A DNA stretch of 62,818 nucleotides, counting the filler, from Choristocarpus tenellus KU-1152 (lineage: Eukaryota > Protista > Phaeophyceae), in assembly GCA_964200185.2 (NCBI GenBank). It is 8 parts of 8 records of this genome, joined end to end, with 100 filler letters (N's around TTAATTAATTAA, not from the genome) between each part and the next. Parts side by side here need not be neighbours in the genome. Positions count along the whole stretch, not along the records: positions 22,440 to 29,993 come from CAXNAD020005973.1; positions 30,094 to 41,734 come from CAXNAD020002209.1; 6 more parts are not named here. One strand, 5' to 3'. The notes under the pieces are model-generated. The model had not been told where the DNA came from. It saw only the letters and a list, made by a program, of their open reading frames with translations, and did not search any database. Below are positions 24,700-37,000 of this stretch, piece after piece. The number at the start of each line of letters is the position of its first letter. Positions within the stretch are counted from its first letter, which is position 1. Both the position numbers and the translations under genes were made by a program.

Positions 24700-27600
24700 C
24701 TACTGCCCGTTCTTGTACTCTTCCCGTGATTGGCCATAAGGGTTAGAAGTTGCACCCACTGGCGATGGTCCTGTATTCTTCTTTCCCACCCCTGCCAATG
24801 AGATGCCCCGACATGAGGGGGGAAAAGAGGTAAGGTATTGAGATTGTAATGGGGGGCGTAGCAGGTCTTTGCATTGTTGTGTTGTTTACAATTGCAGACT
24901 AGCATACACCACAGACTAGGATACACCCAGAGTATACATACAGAGCAATGTACACATGCACTTCTTCCACAGCCTGCCTCAAAAGCAATACATCGTTCAA
25001 CTACATGGTCAACTACATGGCCTTAGCATTTGCAATTGGTCCTTCGTTCCCCCAGTCTTCTCAGAAGTAGTGGCATTACCAAAGAACAAAACAGTGTGAT
25101 TCCTTCTATCTCCCCCCCTACAGAAAAGCTATTTTGCCACTGATACAGTACACTTCAAATCGTTCCATCCTGCGCTTTGGTATAGACAGAGGGCTACACA
25201 ATATGACTGTTACTAAAGTAACCAGGAAACTACTCACAGTGTCTGTTGATTTAATTATACTGGTAGTGGCAAATACCACAAGGTAGTACCGCTGCACCAA
25301 AGTCTATTGATTGATTTGTGGAAGTCAGAAATTCCCTTGATTAGTCCGTAGTCAACTTGAAAAAAAAGATTTATTAAAAAAGATTTAAAAGATTCCTATT
25401 AAAAATCTTCCTCAAATTAGAACCCTAGGGCTGCAACCGTACAAGCTTCAATTACAAGGCACATTTACTGAGCACAAATACAAAGCACAAACACAATGCT
25501 GTTTTATGGGAAGGACTGCTCCAGACTGTGCATTTGAATTCAGTCACTTCACCTCTGTTGAAGCCATCTTCATTTGCATTCTTGTCTCTTCGCCACTTGA
25601 AGAAGAAGAACAGTACCGGACATATACAGCACAACACCACCGCAGCGTAAATCAACCATGCCCACCTGAGAAAACCAGACACAAAAACTGGGTGAGTGGT
25701 GTCTTGGCTGACACAGTGGTCAAGTTGAGAGCTCAAGCGACTACTAATTGTGTCTGACCACTGAACTACACTAGAGAGAGGATGTGCAGAGTGGAATTAA
25801 GGCGGACTTAGTCTGAATGTCTACGGCTTGTGGGTGCCCACATAATAGATAGATACATCTTATGACTCTCAACACAACATAAATATTTGTAGCAATCAAT
25901 GCTGCAAACCAAAAGAACTCTTACGACTAGGATTGAATCATGTAGAGGAAAAAGTTTTGATTTATTGAAATGAATTGTCATTGCACATGTCAAAAACTCA
26001 ACTAAAATGTGTAGTGAGATACGGGTGGTGGCACCTTGTGAGGCATTCAGTAGGCACTGTTCTGCTTGGACGTTATAAATGTAACCTAAGGTTATTCAAC
26101 TTGTTCAGTTCAGTTATTTGGTTATTCCAAATAATATTCAAATTGGTCAATTAAACTGTCATGATTCACGACACTAGGAATAGCAGTAAACATGCCAGGA
26201 GATCCACTCTGTGGGGTTCACCACTCCCTAGTTTGAAGGGAGAAATATGTCCTTGCTACCAAAATACCCCAGTCTCTGAAACAGAGGGTTTGCATGTTGG
26301 CTACTGAGCACAAAATGGGTACAACAAAGATAGAAATGAGGGCATGAGGGAAACCTCTGATAAAGCTTCATTCCAACAACAAAACTGCCCCAAGACTCCC
26401 TTACGTTGTTATTTCAGACACACAATTTTGCACCAAATTTACATCCGTGTGTTTTTGCATCAAACTTGAACGTCAAACAGTTACAAATCCACCACTGAAA
26501 AGAGCAAGGATAGAGTTTGCTGGTCAGATGTTCAAAAGGTGCAGCAGTGTGAACTGAATAATAGGTACAACCTCGACCGCAGCCCATCACTAGAGAGACA
26601 GGAGCCCCACTGTCTACAGAAAAATTACGACAGTCCAAATTGATTACATGACACACCAATCATCACAGAGGGTCTTCAATGCTGAAATTATCCACTGAGG
26701 GGTCGGCACGTAGACTATTTTTCATGAGAATAGTGACGAGAAGTTGAATGCAAAGATCTTAATAGTGTTCTTGCATGTGGACAACTAGTGTAACATGATT
26801 CGCAAATACAAACTAAGAACAAGAACAGAGATACACCAAACCCAGACTACCCTTCGAGTTTGAAACAGAATTGAGCCCCTACAACCGCTGGAATCATTAC
26901 TGTTGGCAAACAAAGCAGAACAGTGGATTCACTGAAAACTCACCATGGCCACCACACATCGGTGCCCCCAATAGACACTACATCTTCTCCCCGGGTTGTA
27001 GATGCTGTTGTAGCCGTCCCATCCGCATCCAGCCATATCACCAAGAATCCCAGGCTTTCCAAGTCAAAGTCAGATTCCTCGGCTGTTATCTGCAAGATTT
27101 CAAATATAGATACATGTAGTTAACACTAGAAAGAGCAGTGTCTTGAAGTTATGAAATGGTGCACACGCAACAGATTTTTTTTTTGTGCATTTGACATCAT
27201 GATCACAGCCATGATCACAATCCTCACATCATTCAATCTTACGAAGCATAAAACGGCCACAAGGACAACATACACAGGATTATAACCCTAACATAGTTTA
27301 TTTTCCATTTCTACGTATGCCAATATTACTACCATCACATTTACCCACAAGAAAATTATTTGCAATTTGTAGTGGGCTCTTCAATTAACAGCTCAGAAAG
27401 GGTGGAGTACACACCCTGTTGGAAGGATAAGATTGTCAAACATGAACAACAAAATTCAAAAAATCCTCCAGCTTCAACACACATAAACAAGTTCAAAGCA
27501 GAACATGCCTCCGATCATAACTATACACCAAAGATCACGAGGGGGAGAAGCAACCCCATCATCCTCTAAAATTGGAGGTGATAATGTGAAGACAACAAAT

Positions 27601-28898
27601 AATCACATCATGAGACACTGAGAGGAACAGTAGAACATCTAAACAGGTATTACCTCCGGATCCAGATTGGTGATAGCTTCTGCAATGGCAGAGAAAAAGG
27701 TTGGTTCATTGATCTGGTCATAGTAGATCCTGTCCACCTACAAAAAAAGGAATGAAGCAAAGTTAGACCTACATGGTGTGCACACATCAGACAAGTCATA
27801 ATTAGTGAAGCACAAATCAGTAGACAATGGATATGTACATGTATTTGTATGCCAGGGTTGAAGGAGTGCTTGAGATGTACAAGTCATTCCTACCAGGAAT
27901 CTTGTACCACAAATCAGGTTCTGATTACAACTCACTGTTGAGGAATAATGTAAAACTTAGACCTATGAATTGTCATCTCCAGTCTCATTGGGTTGTACAT
28001 GAGCCAAGTCAATCCTGTAGATATTGACATACCACTTCCTTGCGTTGTATGGTGATATTTGGTGCGCATCTCACCTGCCCTGATGCAACCTCGGACGCTG
28101 TCTCTCCAGTGGCTACATCCTTCGTGTTGTACACCGACACCCGAACTTCCCAATCATCCACGAAGCACTTGTCTATGGTTCCATCGGTGCTAATAAATTC
28201 CATGCTGTCCAATTCTAGCACCGTAGCCACAGCCAACTTGAACTGTGTTGATGTAATGGGCCCATTTTGTTTTGGGTAAAGGGAGAAATCAATATCCAAA
28301 CAAACACAATTTCACGAAGCCTTGAACACAACACTTGCTTCAGGTCTCTCCTCACTCAATACGCCTTCCATTAATGAGAACTGAGTGGTGGGGGAATACG
28401 GGATAGGAAGAGGGGGGAGCCAGCAATTCATTCATCTCCCTAGCAAAAATCACTTGAGCTGATCCATATTCCGTGACATAGATTAACTCGTGAAGTACGA
28501 TAATACCTTGAATCAGAAAGACACATGAGGGAAATGCAGAGAGATTTGCCTTATCTATTCTTAGAATACTTCAACAAAGTTACACCACAAACCTGTTCCG
28601 GTGTGATTGTCGCCGCATCCGTGGTGTGGTCCTCATGCAGGCACACTGTCATCTCCAGTTGCGTAGCAAAGTCAAAAGACTCTGTTTGCAAGCGACGGCC
28701 TTGCCCGCTATAGAGTCCAGCTGTTTGTTTGGAAAAACGGTTGGTCGTTCCGATCTCGTTCCCCGACCTCATGATCACCCCCACAGGAATGAGACCAGCG
28801 AGCAATAATAATCCGACCACTCCATAGTGCTGAGACAACCACACCCCAATACCCCCCAATGACTGTCCCGAAGACGGCTTCATCCTGTCAACTGCCAT
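24700..28898 (-). CDS. Hypothetical 302-aa membrane protein (N-terminal hydrophobic anchor, RRLQ motif, acidic ectodomain, C-terminal TM helix, short tail), 6 exons
   Basis: Minus-strand exons 28898-28593, 28242-28075, 27737-27654, 27089-26944, 25665-25553, 24791-24700 (TAG). All are GT-AG and phase-compatible (909 nt). Hydrophobic segments: GVVGLLLLAGLIPVGVIM and WAWLIYAAVVLCCICPVLFFFF, the latter followed by KWRRDK. Confidence 0.8.
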
Positions 28899-29789
28899 CT
28901 CACCCTCCAAACCACAGAAATGAGAATTGGGGAAAGGTAAAATTCCGTCAGAGAATCACCTCTCGTCCCTGACTTGACTCAACACACCCTTACGGATAGG
29001 AAGGGCACCAGTCCAAGCCACAGCCTCTTCGACGCACGGCACTATACAGTCCTCTACTCCTCTCAATCGATATTGTTACCACCCGTTCGCTAACCTTGTG
29101 AAACTTTATCTCCCAGGTTTCGGTGACCTATGTAATGTCAAGAGAAAAGTCAATTATATATTTTTTTAATCTTATCAAATTTGTGTTTATAGTTAGTTCA
29201 TTTCAACCAATTTCTATCGAGAGAGGAGAGGAGAAAAATTTTCATAAGGTTATAGATTCTAATATAAACGATATGAAATCGGAAGGGGGGAAATCAACTT
29301 CATCATTATATTAGTGAAGAACATTCAAATGTCCCAGTCTCCAGCCAATGAGAAGGCTAGAAAAAGATTAACCTTCCAGTTTTGTATTCTCCTCAACTAG
29401 CACTATACTATAATATTAGTACAAAATGTCAGAGGGCATAATAATATAATTAATATTAGTACAAAAGAGAGACATACATTACTTGAGAGGTAAAAGGTAT
29501 GGGAGGGTAGAGAGGTATGGAATTGTTTGTCATATATATTCCAAGTAGTGATGTTTCCTGAACTAAATGTGCAATTATTTAAGACAACAGAGAGGCTGGC
29601 AGGGTTGCAATATAAGGATGAACTGGAGAAAAGGGAGAACGGTGCTGTTCTTTGTACGAATTCGAAAGGAGACTTTACTGACTTTTTGATGTCACTGTGC
29701 GTGTGGAAAAAAAGGAAAATCATTTTTTTCGTACACACTGCTGCGCATATTAAACCTATGAAATAATAGGGTGCATTGTTGCACACTGT

Positions 29790-29913
29790 AAACAGCAGAT
29801 TTCAAAATTTGAGGATGGAGCTTTTCATCGAGGATGGGCTTGACCCAAAATTGATTGGGATAAAGTGTCGATATATATATATATATATATATATTTATTT
29901 TTGGGATAAAGTG

Positions 29914-29948
<35 letters not shown>

Positions 29949-29993
29949 TTATTTTAAGTGCAATACAAAAAAATATATATCGACACTTTATCC
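29790..29993. repeat. Dispersed repeat end (AACAGCMGATTTCAAAA...GAGGATGGGCTTGAC) plus (AT)n-containing inverted repeat
   Basis: The same ~65 bp occurs at 49304-49366 (+) and 49467-49521 (-). GGATAAAGTGTCGATATAT occurs twice, with its reverse complement at ~29975-29993. Confidence 0.8.
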
Positions 29994-30093
29994 NNNNNNN
30001 NNNNNNNNNNNNNNNNNNNNNNNNNNNNNNNNNNNNNTTAATTAATTAANNNNNNNNNNNNNNNNNNNNNNNNNNNNNNNNNNNNNNNNNNNN

Positions 30094-30263
30094 GGGGGGG
30101 GGGGGGGGGGGGGTCTACACCAGGGTGTCCATTCGGGTCCTGACCAGGAGAAGTGAACTTAGATTATGCATCCGATGCATGCAACCAAATCACCCAAAAA
30201 TCACGACATGTAAAAATGGGCCCTGAATGGACAGCCGCCACCCCCCCTCAGATACTTCGAGCC
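30094..30263 (+). mobile_element. MITE family B at contig start
   Basis: Poly-G, then GTCTACACCAGGGTGTCCATT ... CAGATACTTCGAGCC. Confidence 0.8.
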
Positions 30264-31009
30264 TTGCGTTTGTGCTGTGCGATAAAGAAGAAACTGGTTG
30301 GCTTGTTTAGTTACTGCTTTACAAAGAGAACTTGTGTCGCTTCTTCTTTCTTGTCTCCTTCAAGTGGAATCTACTACAGGCCTCCAACCGAAAACCCCGT
30401 TTGTTGCCATCATATTTTTGCTGTAAGCTTGCTTGTTTCACCTACTGTAAGTATAATATTTGAAGGGTGCAATGTTGAAACTAAGAAGTATCCCCCGTGC
30501 AGAAGCCGTGCTGTACATTATGAGTGCAGTAAGATAATAGTAACGAACACTGGTGTGCGATGTGCCCATTTCTAAGTGTTTATTGTAGATTCCAGGGTGT
30601 ACCAATGATTTTCTCCTGTTCTCTTTGGTGCAACTATTTTGTTTGCTCAGTCACTCACTGCCGGCCACGTTTATTTGAATTCATTTAACAGTAGCAGTTG
30701 CACGATTGAAATGCTGCCTTTGAATCTTTCTTGAATTGTAAGAGTCCACTGGAAGTCGATATGAAATATGACAATGAGATTCGCTGGTAGTTCCCCACAA
30801 AGAACTCCTTGGGTACTCCTCCCTCTTTTTTTGTATTTTCATCATCAATATTGAAACCATCACTTCTTTGGTTTGTCCCTGCATGTAGAAACTCTGAGGT
30901 TGGAATGGTGTCCAGAGCATAGAATTTCTAGAAGTGCTATCCCTTTAATCCATCTCTGCCTCTTCCTGTCACTCATTGTGGCTCTTTTTATTTTATTTAT
31001 TGGGAGTAG

Positions 31010-34000
31010 GAAGGGACAGGACTGGAATGGGACTGGGAGGGAAAGGGGACGGGCAAGAACTGGAACAGTCTGTTTCAAGAAGCCTTAGAGCTGCCAGAGG
31101 ACAGTTATGACCAGTGTCGTCTCAAATGGGAGAGGTTAACAACAATAAATCAGTGAGTTCCTCCAAGTATGGTGAGGGGTCTGTGACAACTTAGGTGAAG
31201 AAGTAGAGGGGTGAGAGGATCCAATTATAATGAGAAAGGAGTCTGGTGGGAGAGTGCAGAAGGGAAGGTAGTGTGCATAGGGAGTGCAGCCAGTTGCATC
31301 TAGGAGGCTGGCAAGGATGCAGTAAAAATTAACTTATCTGTACTCTATGTGTGTGTTGATGTTTAACTTGTGGGAGGACGGACACATTACACAGAACAAA
31401 GGAGGGGGGGTGATGGGTGGGTAGTTGACTCATGTGGTATGTGGCAGAGTTAAAGGGGGTGAGTGTAGTGTTGATTAGATGTGTATGATGAACACTAGCC
31501 AAAACGTCCTTGAGGGTCAACCTCATTTCCACCTCTACATGTCCCTGCTAATATTCCTCTCACGTTCTTAGAAGTGTGAAACACAGGGTTGAGACCATTC
31601 CTGGAAGCCTCAAAAAATTGGGAACAAACTATACTGCTCTGTGATTGTGCAATGTTCAAGTATGACTCACTATGTTTCGATGACAGGTCATAGTCAAGGC
31701 CATCTCCACAATATCTAGCTGTGTCTGTCTGTCAACCTTCTACTGTTGGATAGTACACAATGTACATAATAATGGCAGTGAAGAAATTCAATGGTGCAGA
31801 GAGGAAATGTCAAGTATCTGAAGGATGTGTTCAAAATGCAAAGGCGATATTACTGGGAAAGAGAGAACTAGAGAAACTAGAGTAAAGAGAGCGGGGTGAG
31901 AGTGTGTACCTGATATATGGGAGAGAACATCCTCTTGTTCAGATTCAAGGGAGTGATACTCAGAGTAATCCGAGATTCATGCTTGAGTGAAGTATCTTTC
32001 ATTTTCTCAGTCCAGAGTGCTATATATTGTCATTGAGAGCAGACAAACTCTCGCTACCAGGTATTTTCTCCATCTTGGCGAAGTATATCAAGTTGGTTTC
32101 TTTCTTACAAATATCAACTCCTGCCCTAATCATGGAATGCTTTATTGGTCATAGGATGCGCTCGAATCCAGCTTGTCCTAGCAATGATGTGTGTGACCAC
32201 TAGTACCATCCCAACCATATCCTCTCCAGAATATCTATCATCAAGGAAGTAATATTGTTCCCAACTTCCATCCTAATCCTTGACAGATGCAATACTCTGC
32301 TGGAAGTATTGTGCTTGGTAGTATTATGATAAGTCATAAGTCCATATCGACACCTCTTTCCCAGACTCAGTAGATGTTATGGTGCTATCCACGATCCTGA
32401 CCTCACAAGCCTATCTGCATCCAACATCCCTTGTGACCAGGGACTTTGTCTCCACTGCAGTTACCTATGGGAAAATTATCATCTCGGAGTACTTTCTGCC
32501 CAGCAAAGAGAAAAGCTTAAAGTGAGGCCCCCACAATATAGTAGTATTGTTTAAAACGTTGAGGCACTCAATAGTACCTATGCTTCTCGAAAATGTGCCA
32601 TAACACCTGTTCCAGAGTAACCTGGATAGCGTGTTAGTTGTAAGGATTTCACTTCGAACTCAGGTGTCTAGTTCTGTTTACTCAAGATTTGTGTTTGATT
32701 TACCAGTATGTGTGGTGTTTCTGAGCAACTAAGAACACAATTGAACATATTCAAGTTTTGTAAGGTCCACTTGTGCAAGTAAGATAGGTGCGTGTGTGTT
32801 TTGTCTTTTTCATCTCCCCTCTCAGGCTTCCGTCCTCTTCTTGATGGGAATGATTTTGTAGCCGTTGTCTGTTCTATGGTATTAATGTTGCACTGTATAC
32901 TTTGCATTGTGATAGTGTACTACCAACGACATGCTTTTTCAAACTGTCAGTGTAGGTGTGAAGAATGTACTCCTACAATATTACTCCACCTTGTCATTGA
33001 GGCAATAAATTTTACCTCGTGCCTTAGATGTTGAATACTACGGAGGATCTTCTAATGTATGTATGGCATATGACAGTTTCTGTATATGACGAAATCCCAT
33101 GTGGCATACGTTCAAATCCATGGTCAGCCTGACTTGCCCTTGCCTTGCCAAGTTCTTGTTTGCTCTGGATGATAGATTGGTTTTGTGGTGCTTCATTTTT
33201 TCAGTCTGTAGTCTTGATGTTCATCCCCATGCTATCCACCCAACATCCACAATGGTGAACAGGCCCACGCATGTGGGGGGCGTGGCAGGAGGTACAAAGT
33301 ATATATGGAGGGGAATTCTCTTTAAGTTGGCTGATGGTAAAAGTGGACCTTACGGAGGCAGCATGGAGGCAGCAGCCAAAGGCAAGCACAGCAGGGAACG
33401 AGCCTGCGTTATATAGAGTGGCAATGTTTTGCTGTGGGCATCTCATTTTTGGTGTTGATATGTTTGTGTTTGCATGGGCATGTTGTGTTCCACTCCTAGT
33501 ACTATGCAGTGCAGTGTATGGGGCATACAATGGAAGTGCTAGAATTTCAAAGCGTATTGTGTGTATCCCCGGAAGAAGTTGCACAGCTTCTCACGGAGTT
33601 TTCCATTGTTCATGTGGCATGTAGCAGGCCGTGTTTTAGCTTATCTGTGTGTTTTAATGGAACAGATAATAGTGTGTCTGTATGGTATTTATTTATTTTG
33701 TGCTTTCTTAGTGGTCTAGGGTGATGATATTCGTAAACAAGATATTTCAGCTTCCTTTAGCTCTGCAAGGAGAAGCATTGAGAGAGTGACATGGGCTAAA
33801 TACCATTTAGTTCTATGAGTATTGATGTCTGGGCACTACAGATCAAGGCTAAACCTATGAATTATGCTATTTGATGGCGCAATCCACGCTTTATTTGACT
33901 ACTCATAGCCATGTGCTGTTGTGGTAGGCTATCTTCCACCCATGCTAATACAATTCCGTTTTACTTATTCCATACTTTAGGGGCAGGTCATGATATGCGG

Positions 34001-37000
34001 GGGGCCACCCACTATCTTGCATCTCGGGTGAGGGGCTTACACTATGCCCTCCAGTGCTTGATTGACTACAAGGGCTTTAGGATGACTGCCCAGGTACATA
34101 TAACAGTGAAATAGATAAATATGAATTTGAGGGAAATGTTTACTGTATCACCATGCGGTACCTCTACTTGTGTACATGTGGTGCGGAATAGTTGTATCAT
34201 AGTATAGGCTCAATTAGTTCTTCTCTGTAGCATTATGCTGTTGTAGCTCTATGCCATGCTCTGTATTATGCGTCTGTGTTATCTGTTCTTTGCAATCAAG
34301 AGGTTAAAACGGTGCATCCTTGTTTAGTAGTGAAATATATGCACCACAATTGTGTTACCTTGGAGAATATAGACTCTAGAATGATGATTAGTGTGAGGTT
34401 GTTGTGTTACTTGTGATGGCTTTGTGCCTATGATGCTTATTTTTCAAGCGTCTATTTTAAATATTGTACCATCCTGTGTATGGAGTCAAACATACTTTGG
34501 TGTATCGTGCTGTGTTCGTAATGTATGCTATAGGGTGTGCAAGGACAGGGTGAGAGAAGTGGCTTGTGTCGCAGTTACACATCATGACATTGAACCGCCA
34601 ATAATGATGAATCGTGTGATTCTGTGGCGGCGTGGTTCCCTCAGGCAAGGGTGGCGAAGAGAATCACCGGGCAGGTGTTGAGTCAGATGTTCTTGTTCGC
34701 GCCACTTTCTTCTCGATCTTGCATTCGGCATCTTGATTCAGTGATCAAACAAAAATTACTTGTCACCTTATCTCTAAGTTTGTGTGCATCGCACACGTGA
34801 GTTCAAATCTCATCATTTTCGCCAATATGAATCGTGTGATTCTGTGGTGGCGTGGTTCCCTCAAGCAAGGGTGGCGAAGAGAACCACTGGGCAAGATGGA
34901 CCAGATGAACGAAGACGAACCGTAACCGAGAGGAAGAGGTTACGGTTGAAAAAGTGCAAGTCTGAAAGGACTTACAGGAGAAAGTGGGGAGGGTCACGAT
35001 TTGGATAGAGATGGGAGATCCGCCTTCGGAAAAACGTACTCATAAAGAGACGTTGCAGGAAGTCACGAAAATCTATCACTCCGAATATCCTCCTCACAGT
35101 TGAACTGAAGTTCTCAGAACACAACCTAAATCGGTATAACGGTATATGGCATACTGTGTAACGATAAACGGTAAAACAAATAGACAGACCTATTTTCCAT
35201 ATAATTGACTGTTTGTATGTACAGTAAAGTACCTAATGGCAATATGCAGGCAACACAGGGTATGTGTGAGTTTAGGGTGCGGTCAGTGCACACCATTGTT
35301 TCTTCTAGTGTCCAGAGCAGCGACATAGTTGGGACTTGTACACACTCCTAGCAATTTTGAAGCTTATGCCCTTCACATTCCTGGGTCATATTTTCGGAGG
35401 TTTACAATATATAATTTTGTGGGTACAGAAGTAGTAACAAGAGCTGTACACATTGGAGACCTCATTTTCACAGGGTTTTTTTGTTACTTTTCGTTTTTGT
35501 CAAGTTTGGGAGTCGACTTCAAGCTTGAAGAAGATGCCAATATTTTGGTGGAGTATATGAAATATCGTATCATGAGTATTTCAGCCGATTACTCCAGTGG
35601 ATCCATTTAGTAATATAGGCACCTTTCATGAAGTCGGGGTGAATGTTAAAGTGTACTGTGAATTGGAAAGATAAGAATGGTGAGGCCGTTCTACCATGAC
35701 ACAATGATGATAACTAGTAGCAGTTCATGGAAGAACCATGGATCCCAGATCCTGCTCAAAAGCCCTCGACCCCGCATCACTGAACTGTATCACATTGGAA
35801 TAGAGTGGAACAAATCAGCACTAGAGCTATAGTATGGTAAGGGTTTGCAGTTGAGCTTCTTTCTTTCTAGCACCACATATTGCAAGAACAAGTTATTTAG
35901 CATGCTTTCCGTCCACAATTGCTGACAGCCTCATGTTCTTTTTTCCCCAGTACTCTATCCTCACCCTAGGCACTTACTATATTTGACAGTAGATAAAGCT
36001 TGAGTCAGTTTCACTCCCCATCTCCATCCCACTACTTATCTACCCTTCACCACATCTTCCTCTGCACTTCTGCCCTATGCTTCCACCTTCTTGTGCACCC
36101 TCCCCATGTATTTGGATTCATGCTGTTATTCCCTTCTACATATTCATTACGATCACAACCACTCTCCCCACTTTGAAATATTCCATATCTGTCTTTTCCT
36201 CCTACGGTTTGGACTATTGACAGGCATTGCTCCCAGTGGATGCAACAACATTGAGGTATGGCACTGCTGATGCTGCAAATACCGTGTATAATGAGGACAA
36301 GGCCTTGTCGGCATTACTCAAGGATGCCGCTAGGAAGCTCAATCTTCAAGTACACAATGTTAAAGGGAAGGTATGCTCTGACCCCCTCTCCCCCCCACAT
36401 CTGGCTCGGTGATTTTTTATGGATCCACTGCCTTTTGTGGGAAGTGTGATATTGCCTTTCCACAGGAAATCCTTTTCTTGTACAGAAATGATAACACACA
36501 CAACCTCAGCAAGTTAAGGTACACCCTGGCACTAGTATGCTGCAGTAGAGCAATTGTGCTCAAGTCCTTCGTGCTGTACATAACAAGACATTAAGGAGAG
36601 AATAGTTCAGACAAAGTTTTTCTTCTTGTGAGTTCACCTCAAAGTTGCATGTGAACTGTCAATTCAATGCAGGATGGACTTTGTAGTAACAGCCAAGCTT
36701 TATGATTAATTAAGGAAAAACTCATTTCTATCAATGTTGCCACGTATTTATGTCAGTTTGTGATGCTTCAATGTTGTGGTGGCAATGCAACATTCTAGTT
36801 AAGTTCTTCAGAATCATGCAAGGAAGTATCAACAAATAAAGGGGATCGTACCTACTGTATGGTGATCTATGCGATAGATCAGTGGTACAAACATGGCACG
36901 ACTCTGCATCCTTTGTATTTGTTTTTATTCGTGTAGGCGATTGTGGACAACAGGTTATTTGTACATGGTTTTTAGGGTGAGAGCGAATCAGGATGAATTG

